This document shows, piece after piece, positions 30,616 through 40,375 of a stretch of DNA of 64,000 nt; position 1 is the first letter of the stretch; the number at the start of each line of letters is the position of its first letter. Source of the stretch: Terriglobia bacterium (lineage in GTDB: Bacteria > Acidobacteriota > Terriglobia > 20CM-2-55-15); the NCBI GenBank assembly GCA_965198225.1, contig CBDAOY010000006.1, positions 320,001 through 384,000 on the forward strand, given 5' to 3'. The notes beneath the pieces are model-generated. The model made no database searches. It had not been told where the DNA came from and saw only the letters and a list, made by a program, of their open reading frames with translations. A program made the translations under genes and the position numbers.

Positions 30616-31932
30616 CTACGAGCCGTCCGAAGTCCGTGCGAGTCCCCGCTCTGGCAGGTCGTGCTCTCCGAGACCCCACCGACGGCCATTCATTAGGTAA
30701 GGTCGTCGTGCCAGGCCAAACGAGAGGAGGCGGTATACCCTACCGGCCAGACGACGGTAAGAAAAGAGCTGACGGTCGAGCGCGCGGTAGGCCGCCCAGA
30801 GATCCCACAACAGGCGAATCAAGCGGCCACGCAGTTTGCGGAGTTGTTCGACTTCCGCAGCGGGCATTCCCTTCAAGAGGCGCCGCACATGGCCCACCTT
30901 CGCGATCAGCGGCCGCGGACGACGCTCCGACAGCAACCACACCCGGTACAGATACTCAGCGTAAGACGGGTAATCAGACACAGCCACCCCGCTTAGGCCG
31001 CGGCGCGGTTCGTTGAATGTCAGGCGCACCCCGAATCGCACGATGTCTCCCAGTTTCGGGAAATACAGATCCGATCGCTGGAACTCGTAGTTCAAGTCCT
31101 CGAGGAGCGTATCTTCGAGCTGGCCTACCAACGGCGTCAGTGGCCCTTTCCCGGTTCTCGCGGGAGTGAGGTCCCCGTGCCGGACCTTGAACAGGCAGTG
31201 GTCGGGCGGCAGGATCTGCTGTTCCAGGCCGCTGGCGACGAGCGCGTAGAGGGCAAGGCCGTCGCTGTCCATCGAGACGACACTGCCGGTCTCAGGAAAG
31301 CCGCGCACTGTCTGCCAGGATGCGTGTGAAGCCAGCAGGAAGTCGCCGCTGGCATTCGTATGAAGGGACAGACCCGCGGGAACTGTGGGAGCCTCGAGGG
31401 CGCGATACTCGTGCGCAGCATCATTGGAACAGCGATCGAGGAAGGCGAAACGGTCATCGGTCGGCGTGTCCAGGACCTCGGCGGGAACATCCACGCGGTT
31501 GACGCGGTACACCCGATCGCTACGCAGTTCACGCCGCGCAAGGAACTCCATCAGCGGCTCCGAGTAGAAAACGTCGCTGGCCCGAACTACGATGAACTGC
31601 CCACACGCCCTACGGATGCCCACGTTCGCCGCGACGGTACCCGCGGACCCTGGAAACTGGTTCCAGAGGCGCAAGCGGCGATGATGGCGAGGGGGAACCA
31701 CTATGAAGCGAACTTTGACACGCTGATTCTGTTCCAGTCGCAAAACGCCACGCAGCAGCGGTTGATCCTGCGGAGGGTTCCACTCGACGACGATGATCTC
31801 TGCGTCGAGCGCATGATCCGTCAATTGCGCGATGAGAAAGTTCAGCGACCGCTCCAGCTTGAAGACGAGGTCGCCGCCATAGTCATCGTTCCGGCTGTAC
31901 AGGACGAAGGAGATGTAAGGTTTCGCTGGCAC
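30616..31932 (-). CDS. GT-A fold glycosyltransferase-like protein
   Basis: ISFVLYSRNDDYGG, EIIVVEWNPP, NVGIRRA, ASD, NASGDFLL. Confidence 0.75.
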   Translation of the reverse strand: MPAKPYISFVLYSRNDDYGGDLVFKLERSLNFLIAQLTDHALDAEIIVVEWNPPQDQPLLRGVLRLEQNQRVKVRFIVVPPRHHRRLRLWNQFPGSAGTVAANVGIRRACGQFIVVRASDVFYSEPLMEFLARRELRSDRVYRVNRVDVPAEVLDTPTDDRFAFLDRCSNDAAHEYRALEAPTVPAGLSLHTNASGDFLLASHASWQTVRGFPETGSVVSMDSDGLALYALVASGLEQQILPPDHCLFKVRHGDLTPARTGKGPLTPLVGQLEDTLLEDLNYEFQRSDLYFPKLGDIVRFGVRLTFNEPRRGLSGVAVSDYPSYAEYLYRVWLLSERRPRPLIAKVGHVRRLLKGMPAAEVEQLRKLRGRLIRLLWDLWAAYRALDRQLFSYRRLAGRVYRLLSFGLARRPYLMNGRRWGLGEHDLPERGLARTSDGS

Positions 31933-32142
31933 TTATGCGTCCCTGTGGACCATCCACCCCTGTGTTCGAAAGCGCTTCGGAAGAATAGCAGGCATCTGAT
32001 GATTGAATCTCGACTACGGGTGCACTACACACACTGTCCGGTGGCAACAAGCGGCTCGTATTGCGGAGTCATATTAATGGATTCCTGAGATTGTATGCGT
32101 GGAATTGCATTGCGGCCGCTTTGTGGCATTAGAATTGTTTCC

Positions 32143-33645
32143 ATGGCTACGGAGCGACTCCGACGCGTGCTCTCTCGATCCGGGCAACCGACAGTCGAGG
32201 TGGACGGCGTTGCGTATCACAGTGTGCACGACCCGTTGCGTGAGGTCCGGCGGTTCTACTCGGCTTTGAAGCTCGAGGACGCCGACGTGATCCTGCATTT
32301 CGGCTGGGGGCTCGGTTATTGCGGCGAAACACTCCGGGAGCGGACCAAACCCGGCGCTCGCATCGTCGTTTTCGAGCCAGACGAAGAACTCTTCGAGTTG
32401 TCGCGTGCCGAATCCGTCAACAGCGATGTCTTCGAAGAAGACCGCTTCGAGTTTGTCGTGGGTGCGAACGTATCTCATTTTTTCGACGACTGGGAAACGG
32501 TCAACTTCCGGGAAACCGACCAGATCCTGTGGGTGGAGTGGCCGGCAGCTCTTCGTGAATACGCCCAGGTGGCAGAGTCTCTACAAGCCCGGTTCAAGAG
32601 CCACCTGCGTGATCGGGCAGCCAACCTCCTGACGCACTTTCAGAATGGAGAGGTCTACTTCGAACATGTCATCGGCAACTTCGAGTATCAAGGCGACGCC
32701 GATGCGGGCCGTCTCTTCGGGCGTTTCCGCAACATCCCCCTGGTTCTCGTTTCCGCCGGGCCGTCACTGGATCGCAATATTGGCCAGCTGCGGGACCGGC
32801 AGGACCGGTGTTTCATCCTGTCGGTCGACACGGCACTGCGGCCATTGCTGGCCGCCGGAATCACGCCTCACGCCGTCATCACCGAGGATCCGAGCGAGCT
32901 GAACGCACAACATGTCGTCGGCGCGATACCGGAATCGGTATATCTCATCGCAGAGCAGGCAGTCCACCGGTCGGCGCTTGACGCGGCCGCACGACGTTTT
33001 GTTTTCGGCCTCGGACTGTTTCCCGATTCACTCTTTTCGAAGTTCGGCTTCGGCAAGAGCAGCCTCGATGCCTGGGGCTCGGTGGCCACAACCGCCCTGG
33101 ACCTCGCGTGCCGGATGGGCGCCAATCCGATAGTCTTTGCAGGCCAGGACTTCGCCTACTCCTGGTATCGCGACTACGCGAGCAACACCATCTATCACGG
33201 CAACCCCTTCTACCCCGAACGGTCCGGAACGGAGCAGGCAGACGACATCTTCGGCAACACCGCCCACACGACGGAAAACATGATCGCCTACCGCGACTAC
33301 TTTGTACGTCGGATGAAGCAGGAGTCCGGAGTTCGCTTCATCAATGCCACCGAGGGCGGCATCCTCACCGAGGGTGCGGAGGTGCTGCCCCTCTGGGTTG
33401 CGTTTGAACAGATCCTTTTCGATCCCGTGGACATCGCCGGCGTCCTCGCCGAAAGTCATCAGCCTTCGAAGGCTTCGGCCGACGCTCTCGAACACCTGCA
33501 TCAGGTTCTGAAGTACCGCCGCACGGACTGTGCCTGCCTCGACGGTTTTCTGGAGCTCGCCGCGAAGGAACACCTGTTGAGCAGGGATGAGTCCGAGGTC
33601 GAGAAGACAATCCTGCGCGGAATCGACACCATTTCAGCCAGATGA
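32143..33645 (+). CDS. Maf (motility-associated factor, DUF115/MptE-like) family protein
   Basis: HSVHDP, GWGLGY, VFEPD, VSAGPSLDRN, GSVA, MGANPIVFAGQDFAY, INATEGG. Confidence 0.88.
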   Translation: MATERLRRVLSRSGQPTVEVDGVAYHSVHDPLREVRRFYSALKLEDADVILHFGWGLGYCGETLRERTKPGARIVVFEPDEELFELSRAESVNSDVFEEDRFEFVVGANVSHFFDDWETVNFRETDQILWVEWPAALREYAQVAESLQARFKSHLRDRAANLLTHFQNGEVYFEHVIGNFEYQGDADAGRLFGRFRNIPLVLVSAGPSLDRNIGQLRDRQDRCFILSVDTALRPLLAAGITPHAVITEDPSELNAQHVVGAIPESVYLIAEQAVHRSALDAAARRFVFGLGLFPDSLFSKFGFGKSSLDAWGSVATTALDLACRMGANPIVFAGQDFAYSWYRDYASNTIYHGNPFYPERSGTEQADDIFGNTAHTTENMIAYRDYFVRRMKQESGVRFINATEGGILTEGAEVLPLWVAFEQILFDPVDIAGVLAESHQPSKASADALEHLHQVLKYRRTDCACLDGFLELAAKEHLLSRDESEVEKTILRGIDTISAR

Positions 33646-33680
33646 CGAGCTCGCTGGGCCCGCCGGGCCGGCAACCCTAG

Positions 33681-34524
33681 CTAAGGCGCGCCGAAGGGGA
33701 TCGAGCGAGCTTGAAGCTGGCTGGTGAAATCCCGCAACGCGTCGTCATTGGTACTCGCTCCCATGCCGAACAGCCGTGCTCGCATCAACTGAACGAAACC
33801 TCTCAGTCCTGTGGAATACTCGTTCGCGGCGAGCGCGCCTGCCCTGTTGTTGAGGTAATAATCTAAAAACGTGTTGTCCTCGGCCCGCTCGTAAACGTAA
33901 TGATCGCCGATCACGCCCCTCAGGGTGAACTTGTGGCGCTTCCTGAATGGACCGATCGACATCCAATTCCTGGAGTCGATATCCCCAGCGACAGCGACGA
34001 CTTCGTCCATCGTGCCGCCATCGCCTTCGAGTGCGTCTAGGAGTTCGAAAAAACCGAGCTGACACCCGGTCTCGTGATTGTGAAACGTGGTGTTGAAGGT
34101 TGGATCGAGAACATGATGCGTCCATGCGGCGCCGTCTGAAATCGGCACGACGACGGTAACATGGGTCAGCCCGTCCCGTGTGTCGCCGAAATTGATCGTA
34201 AACGATCCATACCCGAACGTCTTCAGCAGCTGATCAAAGAACAGGGACATGCCCGCGCAGTAGACGGCGCCTAAAAAGGACCCACCAAACGGGGTTTCTG
34301 GGCAGGAACTGATCGTAGTACGCTTCTGCCGCCGACGCAGTTTGAACGAAGCTGGTCGTCGCCTGGGAAAGCTCATCCACCAGGGCGTAGTTTCCGGCGT
34401 TCGCCGCCCAGTTCAGGATCAGGCACGCAGCGCGCAGACGGTCGGAAGCCAGCGCGTCGGCGAGGCCGTCGATCTCCTCGAGGAGTTGTCGTCGGAGCCT
34501 GACGGAGGACGGTTCATCGAACAT
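33681..34524 (-). pseudogene. Transglutaminase-like (Cys-His-Asp) protein frameshifted by a 22-bp insertion
   Basis: YCAG/THV/LDPTF; paralog of the C-terminal half of 40376-42229; removing 34273-34294 restores FLPRKGAVYC. Confidence 0.75.
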
Positions 34525-34545
34525 GATAAGACTGGGTCGGACGGC

Positions 34546-34820
34546 TAGCAGCCCGTGGCAGAACTCTGCAGGGTCGCGCGCAGGGGTCTTCGGGTTGCAG
34601 GCGCGAAGAGAGGAGCGGAGCGATGATCATTCATCGTGACCGACGAGCGACAAAGCCTGCGGCCCGAAGACCCCTGCACCCTTCGGGTTACGGCGAAACG
34701 GGGCCGTCTTCGTTGTCGCCGACTCCTCCCAATGAATGAGCATTGTTTCGTCCTCGCCTCCTAGAATCCGGCCCCGTTTGGCCGTAACGCGGCCCTGCAG
34801 AGTTCTGCCACGGGCTGCTA
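34546..34820. mobile_element. MITE-like element, TIR TAGCAGCCCGTGGCAGAACTCTGCAGGG
   Basis: 33-bp TIR with one mismatch, 275 bp, TA at both ends, overlaps GT2 stop. Confidence 0.88.
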
Positions 34821-35897
34821 AACGGCGGCTCGTTCAGATTGCAGGTCCATCTTGGCGAGCCTGGTCGCCGCTGCGACCTGGCAGGGTCTGTTCTGGGGGC
34901 GATCCAGCCCCGCCAGAGCCTCCAGCATGGATCGAGCGTGAGCCGGATTCTTCGTGTGGAAGGCTCCTCGGATCCGGCCGGTGTCGAGCCTGCGCACGCC
35001 TTGATGCCAGCCGCAATCCCAGCTCTCCCGATCGGCTTCGATGTCCCTGAAGAGCTGGAGCGCACGGGCCCGGTCGTCGTCGCTGAGCCGCTCGAAGGCC
35101 TGGGCGAAGACACTCATCAGACCACGCCCGCCCAGGGCGGCTACGATTTCCGGTGTCACCTCGACACTCTGCTCCTCGAAACAACGGCGGATGAACATCC
35201 TCTCCAACGCCGATCCCATTGAGCTGCCGTTGAAGTCGGCATTTCCAGCATGACGACGCGAGCGGTGCAGTAGATGGTCGACGCATGCAATCGGGCCGCG
35301 CTGGGCGATCTTGAGCCAATGGTAGTACTCGGCGGCTCGCCACAACTCGGGAAACTCGGGGTCGGTTTCGAGGAACGGCCCGACCTCTTCGAGCACGTCA
35401 CGACGGATCAGGACCGTGTTGCCGTTGATGAAGTTCCCGTCCAGCAGCGCGGTGAAGGCATCGGTCTCGAATTCGTTCGGAGGATGGAAGTCGCCGATCT
35501 GGCGGCCGTTGGCGTCGATCGCGACGTAAGCGGTATGAACAAGTCCGACCGCCGGATTCTCATCCAGAAAACGAACCTGCGCTTCGAGCTTGTCCGGTTC
35601 GAAGATGTCGTCTGAACTCAGCCATGCGAAGTAATCCCCGTGCATCTGGCGTATGCCTATGTTGATCGGCGTAGGGGTACCGGAAGGGCCCTGCGAGTTG
35701 ATGACGAGCGATATCCTCCGCTCGGGATGCCGCTGGATGAAGCCCTCGACAATCTTCCGCGATTCATCCGTCGAGTTGTCGTCCACGACGATCAACTCCC
35801 AGTCCGTGAACGTCTGACCGATGACGCTATCCAGGGTTTCCGCGATGAACCGACCGTAGTTGTAGTTCGGAACGACAATGCTGACTCTGGGCGTCAT
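34818..35897 (-). CDS. GT2 glycosyltransferase
   Basis: VSIVVPNYNY, VVDDNSTD, WLSSDD, KLEAQV. Confidence 0.92.
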   Translation of the reverse strand: MTPRVSIVVPNYNYGRFIAETLDSVIGQTFTDWELIVVDDNSTDESRKIVEGFIQRHPERRISLVINSQGPSGTPTPINIGIRQMHGDYFAWLSSDDIFEPDKLEAQVRFLDENPAVGLVHTAYVAIDANGRQIGDFHPPNEFETDAFTALLDGNFINGNTVLIRRDVLEEVGPFLETDPEFPELWRAAEYYHWLKIAQRGPIACVDHLLHRSRRHAGNADFNGSSMGSALERMFIRRCFEEQSVEVTPEIVAALGGRGLMSVFAQAFERLSDDDRARALQLFRDIEADRESWDCGWHQGVRRLDTGRIRGAFHTKNPAHARSMLEALAGLDRPQNRPCQVAAATRLAKMDLQSERAAV

Positions 35898-35965
35898 AGT
35901 GATCTGTTTTCTACGGCCTCCGCCCGATTACAAGAGGTTTACCGACACGGCCTCCGCCATGAAAA

Positions 35966-36059
35966 TGCAGATCGGTGTCCAAAGGATAGGTTCTAAATAT
36001 CAGCCACTTACGGTGTCAGGCAGGCGCTTCCGAATCTAAAATTTGACGTGAAATGTCAG
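35966..36059 (-). promoter_or_regulatory. Putative sigma54 promoter with IHF site and upstream activator palindrome
   Basis: TGG-ACACCGATCT-GCA (GG-N10-GC); TATCAGCCACTTA 35998-36010; TGAC-N7-GTCA 36044-36058; layout repeated at 42288-42382. Confidence 0.68.
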
Positions 36060-36135
36060 GATTCCGTCGGTAAGATCTAGTGGCTAGTAACAGCGTTTGT
36101 CCCGTGGCGTCTTTCAGAACAATCAGAGGAACAGG

Positions 36136-37191
36136 ATGAGTATCCCCTTGCAGCATCTAGAGTGTGACATTCGCTCGTGGCTTCAGGAACATGGCGGGAT
36201 CGCTTCCGACTATACGGTTCAGCGAATCAACCAGAGCTACCCACGAATCCAACAGATACTCACCGAGAGCGGGGGTGTTTCCTTCACAGCCGCCCTCGAC
36301 ATAGGGTGCGGTGCAGGTTTCGACGCATTCGCGTTGGGCGTTCACTTCGACCAGGTTCTTGCCATCGACTCCAGCGAGGCCGCCATCGAGGAGGCGCGCA
36401 GCATCGCCCGCGAAGCGGGTGTCTCCAACGTCCATTTCGAATGCGTTGATGCGCTGGGCTACGTGCCTTCAACGCTCTTCAGCTTCGTTTTTTGCAATAT
36501 CATGTCGCACAACGTGGACTCACGGCGGCTGCTCGCGACGGGCATCGCCCAATCCCTCGATCTGAGCGGATGGCTGAACTACGCCGAAGAACAGGAAGGG
36601 TATGCTCCCTTGGAGATCCACCGGGCAATCCAACGGAAGGATCTCTCCGCGGTGACATACCGCCTGTGGCAGATGCTTCGAGGCTTCTGCAGCATGAAGG
36701 GGTTCCGGTTTTTTGCTTCGGGTTCGATGGCGCCACTCCTGGAGGCCCTGGGGCTGAGGACCGTATCCTGCCAGTCCGAAGAGTGGAACGGCATCCCATT
36801 CGTCGAGAGGATTTCCCTCGTCCGCGAAGGAAGGCCGCTCGGACCCGAGCCTGAGGGAACGGATCCCGATTACCTCGACCTTCGGGACGAGTTCCAGCAG
36901 ATGAGGGGAAGGTTCCGGGCGTTGATTTCCGGCCGACCGGAGGCGGGGTTTTCCGCTCACCAGCGTGAGGAAATAGAGGAGGAAGCGGGGGCTTCGGCTA
37001 ATCGCTACGGACCTTTCCTGACGCTGCTGTCGATGGCAGACCTGGTTCTTCCGTCCCTGGATGAGGACGATCGCGGCCGACTACAGGCACAGCCGGAACC
37101 GAATTGGAGCTTGTTGCAGGATCTCGACGGGCGTTTCATCGGACAGATGAGACAGCGGGCCGGTCTGGAAGAGGGGCCGATTGACGACTGA
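36136..37191 (+). CDS. Class I SAM-dependent methyltransferase
   Basis: LDIGCGAGFD motif I, AID motif II. Confidence 0.85.
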   Translation: MSIPLQHLECDIRSWLQEHGGIASDYTVQRINQSYPRIQQILTESGGVSFTAALDIGCGAGFDAFALGVHFDQVLAIDSSEAAIEEARSIAREAGVSNVHFECVDALGYVPSTLFSFVFCNIMSHNVDSRRLLATGIAQSLDLSGWLNYAEEQEGYAPLEIHRAIQRKDLSAVTYRLWQMLRGFCSMKGFRFFASGSMAPLLEALGLRTVSCQSEEWNGIPFVERISLVREGRPLGPEPEGTDPDYLDLRDEFQQMRGRFRALISGRPEAGFSAHQREEIEEEAGASANRYGPFLTLLSMADLVLPSLDEDDRGRLQAQPEPNWSLLQDLDGRFIGQMRQRAGLEEGPIDD

Positions 37192-38287
37192 CGAGTTTCA
37201 TCAATCGTTTTCGAACCGACCACGGTTAACGACGAGTCAAATGGATCTTCCGCTGCGGCATCCAGAGTGCGACCTCCGCTCCTGGCTTCAGGAACACGGC
37301 GGGATCGCTTCCGACTATACTGCCCGGCGAATCACCGAGAGCTACCCCCGCATCCGAGGGATACTCGGGGACACACAGGGCCTTTCCTACAACGCCGCTT
37401 TCGACATTGGGTGCGGATCGGGCTTCGACTCCTTCGCGATGGGCCTTCACTTCGACCAGGTTGTTGCCGTTGACACAGACAAGAAAGCGATCGAGGAGGC
37501 CGTCAGGATCAGCGGCGAAGCCGGAATCACCAACGTCCATTTTGATTGCGCCAACGCCGAACAGTACGAGACTTCCAGGCTCTTCAACTTCGCCTTCTGT
37601 AACCTGATGTCTCACAACGTCGGTTCCCGATGCCTGCTTGGCGTGAGAATGGCAATGGCCCTGCAGGAGGGTGGATGGCTGAACTACGCCGAGGAGCAGG
37701 AAGGCTATGCTCCTCTGGAGATCCACCGGGCCACCGAGCGGCGGGATGTTGCGGGGCTATCACAACGCCTGCGGCAATTGCTTCGGGGTTTCACGGGAGC
37801 GCCGGGTTTCAGATTCTTTGCCTCGGAGAGCATTCGGCCGCTACTGGCGGCCCTGGGGCTGAGGTCCGTGTCCGGTCACATCAACCGCTGGAACGGGTTA
37901 CCGTTCGGAGAGAGGATGTTGTTCGTTAAAGACGGAAACCCTTCTGAAACGGAACCCGACGGCACCGACCCGGATTACCTGGCGGTGCCGAGCGAATTTC
38001 GAGAGATCGGGGACAGGTTCAGAGCGTGGATAGAGGTCCGCCCGCCTGAAGGGTTTGCTCGTCAGCAGCGCGAGGAGATAGAGAAGGAAGTCGACGGTAC
38101 CGCCAATCGGTACGGACCTTTCCTCACGCTTCTGTCGATGGCGGACCTGGTATTGCCATCCTTGAGTCCCCTGGAAACACCGGAAGCCCATGAGCCGGAC
38201 TGGGATGCAGTTCTGGAACTCGACAGGCGTTTCATCGCCCAGGTGCGAAAGAGGGCAGGTTTGGAAGATGGGCCGATTGACGACTGA
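37181..38287 (+). CDS. Class I SAM-dependent methyltransferase, tandem paralog of 36136-37191
   Basis: FDIGCGSGFD; shares WLQEHGGIASDY, WLNYAEEQEGYAPLEIHRA, AGLExGPIDD; start 37181 or 37241. Confidence 0.85.
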   Translation: MTTDEFHQSFSNRPRLTTSQMDLPLRHPECDLRSWLQEHGGIASDYTARRITESYPRIRGILGDTQGLSYNAAFDIGCGSGFDSFAMGLHFDQVVAVDTDKKAIEEAVRISGEAGITNVHFDCANAEQYETSRLFNFAFCNLMSHNVGSRCLLGVRMAMALQEGGWLNYAEEQEGYAPLEIHRATERRDVAGLSQRLRQLLRGFTGAPGFRFFASESIRPLLAALGLRSVSGHINRWNGLPFGERMLFVKDGNPSETEPDGTDPDYLAVPSEFREIGDRFRAWIEVRPPEGFARQQREEIEKEVDGTANRYGPFLTLLSMADLVLPSLSPLETPEAHEPDWDAVLELDRRFIAQVRKRAGLEDGPIDD

Positions 38288-39275
38288 TTTCGAAGAGTAC
38301 GGGTACAGCCGGGGTCCGGTTCCGGTCCGGGGACGTTACTGGCTGCTCACCGTCGATTTCGAGGCGTTCACCAATCCGGACAACATCGCGTCTTGGATGG
38401 CGGCCATGCGTCACTGGGCGGCCCAGGCGAAGAACTACGGCTTACGGTTCTCCTTCTTCATGTCGGTCGAGGATGTCGTCATCTTGAAAGTGAATTCCCC
38501 TACTGAATACGGCGATTTCCTGGAGTGCGTCGACTTGTTATATCAGTCAGGAACGCGCTTTCATCCTCACAATCACGGCGTTTTCGATCCGGAAAGCGGA
38601 GCCGGTTTCGCCGATACCGACAGTGAGCGGCCCGAAGGATATACCAAACGCATCAGTATGTTTCATCGCGCCCACTACCAGCACGGAGTGGACTTTGGCT
38701 CCTGGATGGGTACCGTGAAAGCAGGCTACGAGAGTTTTCTCGCCGATGCGGGTGTTCCGCCGCCCCACATGCTTGCCTTTCGCGCGGGCGGATGGGACTA
38801 CGGCTCCACTTCAGAGGACCTCCGGATATACCTGGACGCTCTGTCCGAGGCAGGATACAAAGTCGACAGCAGCGCCTGCTCGGGCGCGTTTGGTACGCCC
38901 TCGTGGCGGATGGGCGCCGACTACCAATCAAACGTCTTCCTGCTGGACTCTAACTTGATCGAAGTTGCGCCGAATTCCGCACTGGATTGCGGGCAGTTGC
39001 CGCCCGAAGCGCCGTCGCCGTTTGAGACCAATCAATCGGGGCCTGGAGTGTATGTACACGTCTTACACTTCGATCATCTCTTTCACGAACTCGACGCCGG
39101 CTCATACCGGTATTTCGCCGTGACCGACCCTGAAGCGATAAAACGGAGAATAGACCAGTTTTTCGAAAAAATGGGGATCTGGCGGTCTTCGCCGCTTCTC
39201 CAGAGCGCCACCTTTGACGACATCGAGTTTGTGATGCCGGAATCGGTTTCTTCCGAGGAGAGTCACAGTGTCTGA
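38277..39275 (+). CDS. Polysaccharide deacetylase-like (CE4/NodB-type) protein
   Basis: LLTVDFE, HPHNH, AFRAGGW, VDSS, LHFDH; TTG start overlapping the upstream stop. Confidence 0.72.
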   Translation: MTTDFEEYGYSRGPVPVRGRYWLLTVDFEAFTNPDNIASWMAAMRHWAAQAKNYGLRFSFFMSVEDVVILKVNSPTEYGDFLECVDLLYQSGTRFHPHNHGVFDPESGAGFADTDSERPEGYTKRISMFHRAHYQHGVDFGSWMGTVKAGYESFLADAGVPPPHMLAFRAGGWDYGSTSEDLRIYLDALSEAGYKVDSSACSGAFGTPSWRMGADYQSNVFLLDSNLIEVAPNSALDCGQLPPEAPSPFETNQSGPGVYVHVLHFDHLFHELDAGSYRYFAVTDPEAIKRRIDQFFEKMGIWRSSPLLQSATFDDIEFVMPESVSSEESHSV

Positions 39276-40311
39276 AAGCACCACCGAGCCGCTCGTTCTC
39301 AATGACATGTACGAACAGCCGCGTAAGAGCCTGATGGTCAATCTGGTCATGGGCCTTTTCCTCAGGTTGAAGGAAGACCGCTACTCCTCTCCTCACAGCA
39401 CTCGACCCGATTTCGAAAAGGATGGGGAAGCCGAGCTAGCTGAAGCCGAACCACCTGAAGATGCAAGCTCGGGTGACGTGCTCGATCCCCGCACCCAGTA
39501 CGAGTACGACACCGCCTACAACTCGTTCTTCTATTGGCTCCAGGACTACGTCACCATGGACTTCCTCGACCACAAGGACGTGCTCGACGTCGGTTGCGGA
39601 TGGGGCGGGAAGATGATCAATTACGCAGCCAACACCCAGCTCAACACGATCTATGGATTCGACGTCCCGCCGTACAAGCCGGAGGTCTCCGAGGCATTTG
39701 CCCGGTCCAAGGGCTTGGACAACTGCGTCTTCACGGCGGCTTACGCCGAGGACATCCCCTACGACGACAACCGGTTCGACGTGGCGATCATCGACGACGT
39801 CCTGGAGCACGTGCAAGACCCCGAAAAGACGGTCTCGGAGGCTTATCGCGTCCTGAAGCCCGGAGGCACGCTAATCATCAAGTCGCCCTCGTTCAAGATG
39901 ATGGACGCCCATCATCTTGACAATGCAATCACCTGGCCCGGCATCCACTATCTCCTGTCGATGAAGACGTGGGCGGCCGGCCTGAACTATCTGCTTCTGG
40001 ACGAAAGATACCGGGATGTTCTGAACTTCTCCCCCTTCTACAAGACCGTTTCGACGCGGTATCACAAATGTGTCACCGCCAACCTGAACGGGCTGGACTA
40101 CTCCGACTTCGTGCAAATAATCGGGCGGCATGATTTCGAGATTGAAACGTTGAAGATGACGAAGCGGAATATATCGAGGAGCAGGGTCGTAAAGTATCAT
40201 CTCTATGATTTCTTCTACCGTATCCCCCTGGCGAAAGAGTTCCTTTCACAGTTTGTCCTGTTCATCGGCAAGAAGCCCGCAAAGCCCGATTCCCAGAGCA
40301 ACGCTTCCTGA
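39268..40311 (+). CDS. Class I SAM-dependent methyltransferase (type 11-like)
   Basis: VLDVGCGWGG, AEDIPY, DVLEHV, RVLKPGG. Confidence 0.9.
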   Translation: MSESTTEPLVLNDMYEQPRKSLMVNLVMGLFLRLKEDRYSSPHSTRPDFEKDGEAELAEAEPPEDASSGDVLDPRTQYEYDTAYNSFFYWLQDYVTMDFLDHKDVLDVGCGWGGKMINYAANTQLNTIYGFDVPPYKPEVSEAFARSKGLDNCVFTAAYAEDIPYDDNRFDVAIIDDVLEHVQDPEKTVSEAYRVLKPGGTLIIKSPSFKMMDAHHLDNAITWPGIHYLLSMKTWAAGLNYLLLDERYRDVLNFSPFYKTVSTRYHKCVTANLNGLDYSDFVQIIGRHDFEIETLKMTKRNISRSRVVKYHLYDFFYRIPLAKEFLSQFVLFIGKKPAKPDSQSNAS

Positions 40312-40375
40312 CGCGTATGGAACACGCCGGGACTACCGCTTGTCGTGAATGATGGAGTGGGAGTCGAGACGGTCT

